Shown piece after piece: positions 10,220-20,273 of a DNA stretch of 64,000 bases; the stretch's first letter is position 1, and each line of letters begins with the position of its first letter. The notes beneath the pieces were generated by a model, which did not search any database, was not told where the DNA came from, and was given only the letters and a program-made list of their open reading frames with translations. Origin of the DNA: Candidatus Pacearchaeota archaeon (GTDB lineage: Archaea; Nanobdellota; Nanobdellia; Pacearchaeales; GW2011-AR1). The stretch is from NCBI GenBank assembly GCA_050303855.1, contig JBNLCO010000006.1, positions 1,820-65,819 of the forward strand. Direction: 5' to 3'. Position numbers and translations under genes: made by a program.

Positions 10220-10786
10220 ATGGCAGCAAAGAAATCAAAAGAGTCCTCATATAAAATTCAGAACATTGTTGCAACTGCTTCTTTAGGGAAACCAGTTCCA
10301 CTAACAAAACTTGCTAGAACTCAACCAAACACAGAATATAATCCGGAAACTTTCCCTGGGCTAGTATTAAGAGTTAAAGAGCCAAAATCAGCAGTATTGG
10401 TATTCTCTTCAGGAAACCTTGTTTGTACTGGAACTAAATCAACAACACAAGTCCGTCAAGTAATAGATGCAGTAATAAAACAGCTTAAGAAGATCAACAT
10501 AAACATTACAACAGTTCCAAAAATAACTGTTCAAAATATTGTAGCTTCTGGAACAATAGATCTCAAACTTAATCTAAACTTCCTAGCTCTAGAAATGGAA
10601 AACACAGAATACGAGCCAGAACAATTTCCCGGATTGGTTTACAAATTAATTGAGCCAACTGCAACATTCCTTTTATTCAGTAATGGTAAGCTTGTTTGTA
10701 CCGGGACAAAGAACAAACAACAGCTAGAAGATTCTATGGAACAGCTTCTTAAGAATGTTAAAGAAGCTCTAAAGAACTACAAGTAA
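10220..10786 (+). CDS. tbp: TATA-box binding protein
   Basis: Two repeats QNIVA...EYxPExFPGLV...FSxGxLVCTG. Confidence 0.97.
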   Translation: MAAKKSKESSYKIQNIVATASLGKPVPLTKLARTQPNTEYNPETFPGLVLRVKEPKSAVLVFSSGNLVCTGTKSTTQVRQVIDAVIKQLKKININITTVPKITVQNIVASGTIDLKLNLNFLALEMENTEYEPEQFPGLVYKLIEPTATFLLFSNGKLVCTGTKNKQQLEDSMEQLLKNVKEALKNYK

Positions 10787-10792
10787 ATTAAG

Positions 10793-11020
10793 ATGAAAAC
10801 AAGATATATAATATTAATAATTATATTGGGACTGTTGTTAATTTCCATACCTTTTTTAATTGGAGGGATTAAAATATACAAAAATATTGAAGAAAAAGCT
10901 AATTGTGCAAAGGAAGATCAATATTTCTCAATGAATTCAGATTTAGTTTGTTGTGGAGACACAAAAGAAGAAACAGTGACAATCTCCGGTCAACAAGTAA
11001 AGGTTTGCAGAAGCCCCTAG
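10793..11020 (+). CDS. Small membrane-anchored Cys-containing protein
   Basis: N-terminal TM helix, four Cys. Confidence 0.5.
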   Translation: MKTRYIILIIILGLLLISIPFLIGGIKIYKNIEEKANCAKEDQYFSMNSDLVCCGDTKEETVTISGQQVKVCRSP

Positions 11021-11086
11021 TATTTTTCCAAAAAGAGGTGATACCTCAATCAAAAACTATTTAACCAATTTTACCCCTAAATAAAT

Positions 11087-11602
11087 ATGATAAAGATAAT
11101 TGTTGACAAACTTGCAAGAATAACTAAAAACAGAAAAAAGTTAGAAGAACTCTTAGAAGTCAAAGTAACCAATAGAGGAACAGAAGTCTATCTCGAAGGA
11201 TCTCCTGAAAACGAATATATTGCAGAAAAAGTAATTATGGCCTTAGATTTTGGATTCCCCTATTCCACAGTATCAGAACTAAAAACAGAAGATTTAGTGT
11301 TCGAAACACTTAACATAAAAGAATATAGCAATCAAAAGAACCTCCAAAGAGTAAGAGGTAGAATCATTGGAAAGGGGGGAAAAGTCCTAAAAACAATCTC
11401 AGATTTATCTAATTGCTATCTAGAAATAAAAGATAACAACATAGGAATAATAGGAGAGCCAGAATTCATAAAGAACGCTCAAGAAGCAATAATCTCAATA
11501 GTAAAGGGTTCTAAAATAGGAAATGTATATGCCCACCTCGAAAAGCATCAACCAAAGCCCCTAGGAGACCTCGGATTAAAGAAAAAAGAAAAGAACGCCT
11601 AA
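11087..11602 (+). CDS. KH-domain rRNA-processing protein (Dim2/Pno1 family)
   Basis: RVRGRIIGKGG KH motif; ALDFGF; VYAHLEK. Confidence 0.85.
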   Translation: MIKIIVDKLARITKNRKKLEELLEVKVTNRGTEVYLEGSPENEYIAEKVIMALDFGFPYSTVSELKTEDLVFETLNIKEYSNQKNLQRVRGRIIGKGGKVLKTISDLSNCYLEIKDNNIGIIGEPEFIKNAQEAIISIVKGSKIGNVYAHLEKHQPKPLGDLGLKKKEKNA

Positions 11603-11648
11603 GAGTGGACATAGAAACTTATAAATACTTTATAGATATTAAAAATAA

Positions 11649-12710
11649 ATGATTTCTATAAAGAAAAAATGGAGAGAGTTGCCGAAAGAAGAAAGATTAA
11701 ATATTCCTGAAAAAGAATTCAAAATATCTTCATCAAAAATAGAAAACATTAGGAAAATAAAAGACCCAAAAACAAGATTAATTGAAGCTGCAAGAATACA
11801 ATATGAAAAGTTTAGACAAATAAATTCTTACATAACAACTTGGATTGCAGGATACGGGAGTGATGTAGTAATAAGACAAAAATTTGGATCTACAAAAAAT
11901 CTTTACAAAATCTTCTTTAAAGATATTGAACATCATTCAGAAGTACATCTTTCTTGGCCAGACATAAAGAGAAGAGTAAGAATACCAAAAGAAATAACAG
12001 GAGATCTAGCGGAAGAGGTAGGAATACATATAGGAGACGGAAATCTGCAAAATGCACCAAGAAAAGATGGAATAAAATATTATGTTTACACAATTACTGG
12101 AGATTTAAAAGATGAAGAAATATATCACAAAAAGCATCTCAAAGAATTATTACATAAGATTTATGGAATAAAACCAACAATTATAGAAAGACCATCAAAA
12201 AATTCCATTGAAACAAGAATTAAGTCCAGAGCCGTGACAGAATTTAAAAAGAATATTCTAAAATTAGATTCTGGAAACAAGAAAAAAATAAAAATTCCTG
12301 GAGAAATAATGAAAAACAAAGAGTTATCAAAAAGATGTGCTGCAGGGATTATTGATACCGATTTTAGTATAACAAGTTCGATAGCAATCACAGGAAAATT
12401 AGCAAGTTTTACTATTCTTGACCAACTAGCAGAAATATTCACAAAAAACAAAATCAAGTTTAAACTAACAAAATATAAAGGATACGGAAGATTCTACATC
12501 AACAAAAAAGGAGCAATAGAAATAATAAATAAATGGAAATTAAACAATATAAAACACCTTTCAAAATATGAATGTTACATAAAATTTAGAAATACTTTCC
12601 CAAATTCAAAAACAACAGAACGAATAGCATTAATTAAAGGAAAAATAGGTCATCAAGACCTACTAGAAATATGTAATAAAAGAAGGAAATACGCCCCAGG
12701 CAGGACTTGA
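11649..12710 (+). CDS. Free-standing LAGLIDADG (intein DOD-type) endonuclease with N-terminal extension
   Basis: LAEEVGIHIGDG and degenerate second motif CAAGIIDTDF; no intein splice ends; stop lies inside antisense tRNA-Asn. Confidence 0.85.
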   Translation: MISIKKKWRELPKEERLNIPEKEFKISSSKIENIRKIKDPKTRLIEAARIQYEKFRQINSYITTWIAGYGSDVVIRQKFGSTKNLYKIFFKDIEHHSEVHLSWPDIKRRVRIPKEITGDLAEEVGIHIGDGNLQNAPRKDGIKYYVYTITGDLKDEEIYHKKHLKELLHKIYGIKPTIIERPSKNSIETRIKSRAVTEFKKNILKLDSGNKKKIKIPGEIMKNKELSKRCAAGIIDTDFSITSSIAITGKLASFTILDQLAEIFTKNKIKFKLTKYKGYGRFYINKKGAIEIINKWKLNNIKHLSKYECYIKFRNTFPNSKTTERIALIKGKIGHQDLLEICNKRRKYAPGRT

Positions 12711-12779
12711 ACCTGCGACCTAACGGTATCTGTTTGGGAAATAACAGCCGTTCGCTCTAACCAACTGAGCTACCAGGGC
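12692..12779 (-). tRNA. tRNA-Asn(GTT) with 14-nt intron at 37/38 (12728..12741)
   Basis: GCCCTGG...AACGG CTGTTA [TTTCCCAAACAGAT] A CCGTT ... TTCAAGT ... CTGGGGC G; BHB helix CUGU/ACAG. Confidence 0.93.
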
Positions 12780-12854
12780 ATTAAATCTGAAGATAATTTT
12801 CTTATTTAAAGGTTTTCCCCCAAACTTTTTAACTCAAATTTTACTAACAATTCT

Positions 12855-13979
12855 ATGAAATCTCAAACAAAAAAACAAAAAGTTCTTCTAGCAATGTCTG
12901 GAGGAGTAGATTCCTCAATAGCTGCGCTAATACTAAAAAAACAAGGGTATGAAGTTATAGGTGCATTCATGAAGAATTGGTCAGATACAAAAGACCCTCT
13001 AACTGGGATATGTGCCTGGCGTGGAGAGAGAAAAATGGCAATAAAAATCGCTTCTAAATTAAACATTCCCCTAATAACCCTTGATTTTGAAAAAATCTAC
13101 AGAAAAGACGTTATTGAAAAAATGTTTGAAAAATACAAAAAAGGAATTACACCAAATCCAGATATAGATTGTAACCAAAAAATAAAATTCCCTTTATTAC
13201 TAAAAGAAGCAAAGAAACGTAAAATAGATATTATTGCTACAGGGCATTATGCCCGAGTCAAACAAAATCCTAAGACGAAGAAATACGAATTATATAGAGG
13301 TTTGGATGAATCAAAAGATCAATCGTATTTCCTATATAGAACCAAAGAATCTGAATTAAGGCACACATTATTTCCAATAGGCAACTATACAAAAAAACAA
13401 ATCCGAGAAATAGCAGAAAAGAATCATTTTCCAAATTACAATAAAAAAGGAACAGTAGGAATTTGTTTCATAGGGAAAATAAATTTCAAAGATTTCCTTA
13501 GAAAAAAGATCCCCCCTAAACCAGGAAAAATATTAGATCCTGAAGGAAACATTATAGGAAAACATGATGGAATATTTTATTACACAATAGGTGAAAGACT
13601 TGGCCCAAGATACGGATTTGAAGTAGAAAGACAAAAGAATTCTCATGAAAAAATTGAAAGATGGTACGTAGCAAGGAAGGACATAAAGAAAAATACAATC
13701 ATTGCAGCACCAAAAGACCATCTTTTAAATTTCCGTAAAAATATAATTGTAAAGAATTTCTATTTAATATCCGATAAGAAAACAACTTTTGAGAAGAAAA
13801 AAACAAAAGTCTTATCTAGAATAAGGCATGTTGGAGAATTACTTCCAAGCATATTGGAATACAAAAATAAAAAATGGAAGATCACACTTAAAGAATCAAT
13901 AACAGGGGTATCTGAAGGACAAGCTGTTGTTTTATACCAAGGAGAGAAATGTATTGGTGGAGGAGAAATCTCCTTTTGA
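12855..13979 (+). CDS. mnmA: tRNA 2-thiouridine(34) synthase MnmA
   Basis: SGGVDS, TPNPDIDCN, ATGHYAR, KDQSYFL, GICFIG, GQAVVLY. Confidence 0.95.
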   Translation: MKSQTKKQKVLLAMSGGVDSSIAALILKKQGYEVIGAFMKNWSDTKDPLTGICAWRGERKMAIKIASKLNIPLITLDFEKIYRKDVIEKMFEKYKKGITPNPDIDCNQKIKFPLLLKEAKKRKIDIIATGHYARVKQNPKTKKYELYRGLDESKDQSYFLYRTKESELRHTLFPIGNYTKKQIREIAEKNHFPNYNKKGTVGICFIGKINFKDFLRKKIPPKPGKILDPEGNIIGKHDGIFYYTIGERLGPRYGFEVERQKNSHEKIERWYVARKDIKKNTIIAAPKDHLLNFRKNIIVKNFYLISDKKTTFEKKKTKVLSRIRHVGELLPSILEYKNKKWKITLKESITGVSEGQAVVLYQGEKCIGGGEISF

Positions 13980-14013
13980 TTAAATTTAAATAAGTGCTTT
14001 TCTTAAAACAAAC

Positions 14014-14565
14014 ATGCTAGACAAACTAATCAAATCAAGAAGGTCCATAAAAAAATACAAATCAAAAACTCCTGATTGGAGGGTAATAATTGAATGTATT
14101 GATTCCATGAGGCATGCTCCAATGGCCGGTGGAAATTATTCCATAAAAACCATTTTAATTGACGATCCAGAAATAATAGAAGAAATTGCAAAACATTCAG
14201 AACAACAATTCATAAAAAATGCTCAATATGTTGTCGCGGTCTGTTCAAAAGAAGGAAGAACAAAAATATCTTTTGGAGATAGAGCAGAAAAATACCTAAG
14301 ACAACAAGCAGGAGCAGCAATACAAAATTTCTTATTAAGCCTTGAAAACTCAAAATTATCTACTTGTTGGGTCGGGCACTTCTATGACGACAAAATAAAA
14401 AGACTCCTTAAAATCCCTGAAGACACAGAATTAGAAGCAATTTTCCCAATTGGCTATGCGAATGAAAAACCAAAAAAGAAATCAATTCCAGATTTAGACT
14501 CAAACATTTTCTTCAACAAATATGGAAACACAAAAATGCAGTCTCCAGATAAATTAAGTGCATAA
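14014..14565 (+). CDS. Nitroreductase family protein
   Basis: RRSIKKY, APMAGG, AAIQNFLL...TCWVG, PIGY. Confidence 0.85.
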   Translation: MLDKLIKSRRSIKKYKSKTPDWRVIIECIDSMRHAPMAGGNYSIKTILIDDPEIIEEIAKHSEQQFIKNAQYVVAVCSKEGRTKISFGDRAEKYLRQQAGAAIQNFLLSLENSKLSTCWVGHFYDDKIKRLLKIPEDTELEAIFPIGYANEKPKKKSIPDLDSNIFFNKYGNTKMQSPDKLSA

Positions 14566-14567
14566 AA

Positions 14568-14593
14568 ATTCCCCTCAATTTCTCAAGGGGAAT
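14568..14593. terminator. Hairpin between convergent genes
   Basis: ATTCCCCT-N10-AGGGGAAT flanked by A/T runs. Confidence 0.45.
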
Positions 14594-14680
14594 CAAAATA
14601 AAAAAATAAAAAATTCTTTGAAGCATTAGCCTTAAGCGTAACTTAAGGGAAGCTTAAAAAAGAAACCGTTAGGTGTCTTT

Positions 14681-15760
14681 TTATCTCCAAACTTCAATAC
14701 CTAAGTCGGACATTTCCTTTCCAACTGGTTTTGAATATTCTTCAACTTCTCTTCCAAGAACATATGGAGATTTAACACCTGTCATAATTGTAATAACTCT
14801 AACCTTTCCGGCAAAGTCTTTACTAATTCTAGCACCAATTATAACATTAGCTTCAGGACTTAAGTTTTCTGAAACAGTTCTACTTATAACATCAAACTCT
14901 TCTAATTTTAAGTCAGGTCCACAAGTAATATGTATAAGTGCACCGCTAGCTCCTTTATAATCCACATCAAGTAGAGGATTGGTAAGTGCTTGTTGTACAG
15001 CTTCTACAACTTTATTTTGTGTATCTGCCTCTCCAATACCTATAACTGAAACTCCGCCATTCTTCATAATAGCAGAAACGTCTGCATAGTCCAAATTAAT
15101 TAAACTAGGCAAAGTAATAGTTTCAACAATACCTTTTATCATAGTTGAAACTAATTCGTTAGCAACAGCAAAGGCTTGTTCGATAGGTAATTGTCCTGCA
15201 ATGTCAACCAACTTGTTGTTATCTAAAACAATACAAGTATCAGTTACTTCTCTAAGTTCTTGCAAACCAAACTCAGCTTTGTCTATTCTTGCTTTTTCGG
15301 ATTCAAAAGGCATTGTAACAACTCCGATTACAACAGCTCCTGATTCTTTAGCAACTTGTGCAACAACAGGAGCAGCACCTGTACCAGTTCCACCACCCAT
15401 ACCTGCAAGAACGAAAACCATATCAGCACCACCAACAGCTTTTTTAACATCAGTCAATGCTTCTTTTGCGGCTTCCCTTCCAACATTAGGTTTTCCACCA
15501 GCACCAAGACCTCTTGTATGTTCCTTACCAATAAGAATCTTCTCATCAGCTTTAGTAACACTCAAATGAAGAGCGTCTGTATTTGCAGCATAAACAGTAG
15601 CACCATTTATACCTTTATTGAAAAGCCAAGTTATCATATTAGCTCCACATCCACCACATCCTACAACTTTAATGTTAGCTTTTCCAGCTTTCAACTCATC
15701 AAAGTTAATACTATGGGATTCAGCGTTCTGTATTGCCTCTTTTGCAAAATCTAATACCAT
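14681..15760 (-). CDS. ftsZ: Cell division protein FtsZ
   Basis: GMGGGTGTG, NTD, INLDYAD; GGAGGT SD. Confidence 0.97.
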   Translation of the reverse strand: MVLDFAKEAIQNAESHSINFDELKAGKANIKVVGCGGCGANMITWLFNKGINGATVYAANTDALHLSVTKADEKILIGKEHTRGLGAGGKPNVGREAAKEALTDVKKAVGGADMVFVLAGMGGGTGTGAAPVVAQVAKESGAVVIGVVTMPFESEKARIDKAEFGLQELREVTDTCIVLDNNKLVDIAGQLPIEQAFAVANELVSTMIKGIVETITLPSLINLDYADVSAIMKNGGVSVIGIGEADTQNKVVEAVQQALTNPLLDVDYKGASGALIHITCGPDLKLEEFDVISRTVSENLSPEANVIIGARISKDFAGKVRVITIMTGVKSPYVLGREVEEYSKPVGKEMSDLGIEVWR

Positions 15761-15869
15761 CTCTTTTTACCTCCTTTCAAATTATATTTTTTATTTGCTA
15801 AGCAAATTCTCATAGAAAAAACAGCCCATCCTTATTTATAAGAATTATGTCGTTAGAAAATAGGGATTT

Positions 15870-16901
15870 TTACAATTCTTTAAGAAATCTCTCCTTAAAC
15901 TCTTCCAAATATTTCTTGGGAAAACTAGCTGCAGAGGCTTTTGGATGCCCCCCCGCAGATGCATCTTCAAAACCTTCAACACATTTCTTTAACAAAACAC
16001 CCAAATCGACATTCACAGACTGAACCCTCCCAGAAAGCTTCACAAATCCCTCCCTAGATGAATCTGCAGCCATAATAAAAACCTCATCGGGGTGTTCATG
16101 AGAAATCTTAGAGATTACTTTAGACAGCATACCAAACTTAGGGTTAATATAACCAAAATAAAGGTTCTTTTCAGGGAAATATTCTGCCTCCGAAAGGTAA
16201 GTAACTTCTGCATCAAGTGCAGCTTCTTCAACCTCTCCACTAACGGATTCTAAAGAAATTAAGTCCTTTTTAAGAACCAAGTCATAAACTTTCTTAAAAT
16301 CCGGCTTGTAATAAATTAGAGCATTATCAATTGTCAATCCATTCCTTCCAGGAATAGACTCATAAATGTCATCTTTATTTACCTCCGGATAAAAACTCTT
16401 CAAAAAACTCCACACCTCCTCGTTATTATAGGTATAATCCGTAATAACTGCCGAACAGACCAACCAAGACAATTCTTCAATATCAAAATAATCCTTAGCT
16501 AAATCAAAAAGGGCATGAGCAGAACAATACTGTCCTTCAGTTTTTATAATCAATTTTCTATCTTTCAGTTCTTCATTCAAAGGGTGATGATCAAAGACCA
16601 AGACTTCTCCCTTTTCCCTCAAAAGATTCAATATATCTAAATCCTCATCAACCTTCCAATCAGTAAAGAATAATTTATCATAATCTCTTCTAAAATAAAA
16701 TTCTTCCAAGACACCGGCGCCATAATTCAAAAATTCAATAAAATTAATTTCAATATTTCGGGATTCCAAAATCTTTTGTAAAAACAATCCTGAAACCAAA
16801 CCATCAACATCTGTGTGGGTAACAACCCCAACTTTATCTCCTTCTTTAATGGAATTAACAAAATTATGAAAGTCGTCAGGAGAGCCTAAGAGATATTTCA
16901 T
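15870..16901 (-). CDS. DHH/DHHA1 family phosphoesterase
   Basis: HTDVDG, FDHH, AGGHPKA. Confidence 0.88.
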   Translation of the reverse strand: MKYLLGSPDDFHNFVNSIKEGDKVGVVTHTDVDGLVSGLFLQKILESRNIEINFIEFLNYGAGVLEEFYFRRDYDKLFFTDWKVDEDLDILNLLREKGEVLVFDHHPLNEELKDRKLIIKTEGQYCSAHALFDLAKDYFDIEELSWLVCSAVITDYTYNNEEVWSFLKSFYPEVNKDDIYESIPGRNGLTIDNALIYYKPDFKKVYDLVLKKDLISLESVSGEVEEAALDAEVTYLSEAEYFPEKNLYFGYINPKFGMLSKVISKISHEHPDEVFIMAADSSREGFVKLSGRVQSVNVDLGVLLKKCVEGFEDASAGGHPKASAASFPKKYLEEFKERFLKEL

Positions 16902-17563
16902 TCTTTCCTCAAAATCTCACACTTTATATTATTCTCTTCACAAAGTTCCTTAAACTCTTTAGCATCATCCTCAGAGCCAATGATGCTCCCCCAATGCATA
17001 GGAATAGCAACACTAGGCTTAATCAATTTAGCGGCCTCAGCGGCCTCCTCTACGTTCATAGTAAACCTTCCTCCAATAGGAAGTAAAGCAATAAACTCCT
17101 TTCCAGGTTGTTTATGGCCAGTAAGTCTTTGCATCTCAGGTACAAGATCACTATCTCCAGAATGATAAATAATAACATTATTCATCTTAATAACATAACC
17201 TACCCAACCTTCATCTTTAGGGTGAAAATGTTTATCAGTATTATAAGAGGGAATAGTTGAGATAGAAATTCCTCCAAGGTCCATTTCCTGCATAGGCTCA
17301 ATAATTTCGATTTTTATTGGAACTTTAAACCTAACAATTTTACTCTGACAATCCGCAGTGATAATAATTTTAGTGCCTTCCTTAACAATCTTCTCCAAGT
17401 CCGCAAAACTACAATGGTCATAATGGCTATGGGTTATCAAAATTATGTCTGCCTTATCCAAACCTTCCTTTATGTTATAAGGATCAATATAAATTACCTT
17501 TGAATTTTTAATCAAAAATCCCGAGTGACCAAGCCACTTTATTTCAATATTTCCAAAATTCAT
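16898..17563 (-). CDS. MBL-fold metallo-hydrolase
   Basis: WLGHS, THSHYDH, YHSGD, IPMHW. Confidence 0.9.
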   Translation of the reverse strand: MNFGNIEIKWLGHSGFLIKNSKVIYIDPYNIKEGLDKADIILITHSHYDHCSFADLEKIVKEGTKIIITADCQSKIVRFKVPIKIEIIEPMQEMDLGGISISTIPSYNTDKHFHPKDEGWVGYVIKMNNVIIYHSGDSDLVPEMQRLTGHKQPGKEFIALLPIGGRFTMNVEEAAEAAKLIKPSVAIPMHWGSIIGSEDDAKEFKELCEENNIKCEILRKE

Positions 17564-17642
17564 ATAACAAAAAAACAACAAAGGTTTTTAAGGATTTTTA
17601 TAAAAAAATCCCAAAAAAGAAAATAGAAAAAAATAATAAAAA

Positions 17643-17723
17643 TTATTCGTCGTCTTCATCATCAGACATGTCATCATCTTCTTCCATGTCCATATCGTCT
17701 TCTTCGTATTCGTCTTCAGCCAT
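17643..17723 (-). CDS. 26-aa polyacidic micropeptide
   Basis: MAEDEYEEDDMDMEEDDDMSDDEDDE; GGAGGT SD 7 nt upstream, TATA-like box further upstream, T-rich 3' tract; below ORF-track cutoff. Confidence 0.65.
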   Translation of the reverse strand: MAEDEYEEDDMDMEEDDDMSDDEDDE

Positions 17724-17844
17724 TATAAGACCTCCATTTTAGTTAAAACCCAATTTCCTTAATTGCTTTTAAAGATTGCGGTACACTCAAAAATAGATAA
17801 AAAAATAAGAAATATTTAAAAACCAAAAATACAAAATAGCAAAC

Positions 17845-19146
17845 CTAAGGACTAACTCTAGTCATAGTTCGAGGGAAAGGGATAGCATCTTTTATCGTCG
17901 TTAAACCACATATCCAAGATATAACTCTCTCAACACCCATACCAAAACCTCCATGAGGTACACTGCCATATCTTCTAGTATCCAAATAAAAACTATACTG
18001 TTCAGGATTCTCCCCCATTTCTGACAATTTTTCCTTTATTTTCTCAGGGTCAGCTTCCCTCTCACTACCTCCAATTATCTCACCATAGCCATCAGGAGCA
18101 ATAAAATCGCATCCATTAACAACTTTGGGGTTGCCTTCAGTCTCTTTCATGTAAAAGGCCTTAACAGCCTTGGGATACTCTGTAATAATTATTGGAGTGT
18201 CATATAACTTGCTTATTTTATCCTCTTCAATAGTTCTAAGATCTTTACCCCAAGGAACCTTCATTTTACATTTATCCTTAAGTATCTTCAAAGCTTCATC
18301 ATAGGTCATTCTTGGAAATTTCTTCTTAACCGTAGGTTCTAATTTCTTAACGTCCCTCTCCAATATTTTCAATTCAGGTTTATTCTTTTCAAGAACTTTC
18401 TTAACAATATGTTTCAACAAACCTTCTCCATGGTCCTGTATATCCTTAAATGAAGCCCAAGCCATTTCCATTTCATTCATCCAAAATTCAGTCAAATGTC
18501 TAGACGTCTTGCTTTCTTCTGCCCTAAAACAAGGAGCAATAGTGTAAATCTTTTCTAAAGCAAAAATGGCCGGCTCAGCATATAACTGCCAAGTCTGTGC
18601 CAAAAATACTCCTTTCTTTCCAAAATAATCTACATTAAACAAAGTACTTCCACCTTCTGCCTGAACTGCCTGGAAAATTGGACTCTGATACTCATAAAAT
18701 CCATTATCTCTAAAATATTCATGTATTGCTCCAAAGACAGTACTTCTAATTTTCAATATAGCAGTCATCTTCATACTTCTCAACCAAAGATGTCTTCTAT
18801 CTCCCAAAAGTTCTTCATTAAGATCTTTCTTTATTGGAAAATCTTCTGCAATTTGAACAATATTTATTTTTTTAACAGAAACTTCATATCCAGTAGGAGC
18901 TCGATCATCTTTCTTTATAATTCCAGTAATTTCTACAGAGCTCTCAACTTTCAACTTATCAATATCATCCCATTGCTTATCAAAATCCTCTTTCTTCAGA
19001 ACACATTGAATTATATTACTAGAATCCCTTACAACAAGAAATTTCATCTTATTACTTCCACGCTCTCTATAAACCCATCCTCGAATAGAAAGATCTCCTT
19101 TACCTTTCTTCATTGCATCCTGAATTGAAACAAACTTATCCACCAT
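17845..19146 (-). CDS. asnS: Asparagine--tRNA ligase
   Basis: RHLWLRS, FRAEESKTSRHLTEFW, GEIIGGSERE, PHGGFGMGVER. Confidence 0.93.
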   Translation of the reverse strand: MVDKFVSIQDAMKKGKGDLSIRGWVYRERGSNKMKFLVVRDSSNIIQCVLKKEDFDKQWDDIDKLKVESSVEITGIIKKDDRAPTGYEVSVKKINIVQIAEDFPIKKDLNEELLGDRRHLWLRSMKMTAILKIRSTVFGAIHEYFRDNGFYEYQSPIFQAVQAEGGSTLFNVDYFGKKGVFLAQTWQLYAEPAIFALEKIYTIAPCFRAEESKTSRHLTEFWMNEMEMAWASFKDIQDHGEGLLKHIVKKVLEKNKPELKILERDVKKLEPTVKKKFPRMTYDEALKILKDKCKMKVPWGKDLRTIEEDKISKLYDTPIIITEYPKAVKAFYMKETEGNPKVVNGCDFIAPDGYGEIIGGSEREADPEKIKEKLSEMGENPEQYSFYLDTRRYGSVPHGGFGMGVERVISWICGLTTIKDAIPFPRTMTRVSP

Positions 19147-19178
19147 AAGAGTAAAAACAATAAGCTATTTATAAAAAT

Positions 19179-20222
19179 TTAGCTAAAGGCCTTTCTAACC
19201 ATTTCTTCAAATTTTTCCAAATCCTCTTTCCTTATCTGGCCCCCAACCGCATTTTCATGCCCTCCTCCGGTTGCACTATCTAACTTGGATATAATCTTGA
19301 CAATTTTATCTCTAACTTTCAAACCTCTAACAGAAATGTTTACTCTAGGGCCCTTAGCATAAACCACAACAATAACCTTATCTGAAAACAGATAACTCAA
19401 ACCATTGGATATCTCAGAACTCATACTTATCTCTCCTGAATATTCAAAAAACAAAACTTTAGATTCATCAACTTTACTCCTAGCCTTACTCATTATTGAA
19501 GAATATTTTTTCTCAATATCTAAAAATCTCTTATAAAAGACCTTATTAAAATTATTCTCTTGTAGAACATCGTAAGGACCACTAGACTTAACTAAGAAAT
19601 TCATCATCCCAATTACATTAGTAGTTTTATCTTTTATTCCAAAGCCAAATATTCTAGCTACTTTCCCAATCTCAGACTTGTAAAGCAAATCAAAAGCCTT
19701 TGGCTTCTTATCATCTAAACACAATTCAGGATATTCTTTCTTAAAATTCTTATAAAAATCAGGAATAAACCTGTCAGATATACAACCTACCATCCCCAAC
19801 CACAAATCTTCCTTCTTACCTGAAATCTGATAACATAAGGCAGTAACAGGCTCGTTACTCTTCTTTCTATTGTATAAAGGATTATAATAAAAAATAAACT
19901 TCGGGATTGTTTTCCTATCATTTTCATGGTGATCTATCCAAACCAAAGGAATGTTGAATTTCTTAAGCTCTTCAAAGAATTCTGGAGAAATTCGTGGCTT
20001 ATCTAAAACAAAAATATAATCAGCTTCCAGCTCATGAATCTTCCTAAAATAGTCTATTGACAAATCATTTCCTTTTATTGGGAAACCTTTTCCTTTTCCA
20101 CAGAATCTTCTCAACAAAAGATAGCTACACAAACCATCCTGATCGTTGTCAAAAAGAAAAAGAGGATTTTGCGCCTTATCCAAGTGATCCTTAATTTCAG
20201 AAACTTGTTTCTTAGTTAACAT
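19179..20222 (-). CDS. DHH/DHHA1 family phosphoesterase
   Basis: DNDQDG, WIDHH, GGGHENA. Confidence 0.88.
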   Translation of the reverse strand: MLTKKQVSEIKDHLDKAQNPLFLFDNDQDGLCSYLLLRRFCGKGKGFPIKGNDLSIDYFRKIHELEADYIFVLDKPRISPEFFEELKKFNIPLVWIDHHENDRKTIPKFIFYYNPLYNRKKSNEPVTALCYQISGKKEDLWLGMVGCISDRFIPDFYKNFKKEYPELCLDDKKPKAFDLLYKSEIGKVARIFGFGIKDKTTNVIGMMNFLVKSSGPYDVLQENNFNKVFYKRFLDIEKKYSSIMSKARSKVDESKVLFFEYSGEISMSSEISNGLSYLFSDKVIVVVYAKGPRVNISVRGLKVRDKIVKIISKLDSATGGGHENAVGGQIRKEDLEKFEEMVRKAFS

Positions 20223-20273
20223 TATCTGAAAAAGACATTTTCTTTTATATATCTTATTAGGAAATAAAAATCT

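Noticed and set aside
11649..12710. LAGLIDADG genes as inteins or intron-encoded ORFs
   Set aside because: No N-terminal Cys/Ser splice block, no terminal HN, no host exteins, and the tRNA introns are only 14-30 nt.
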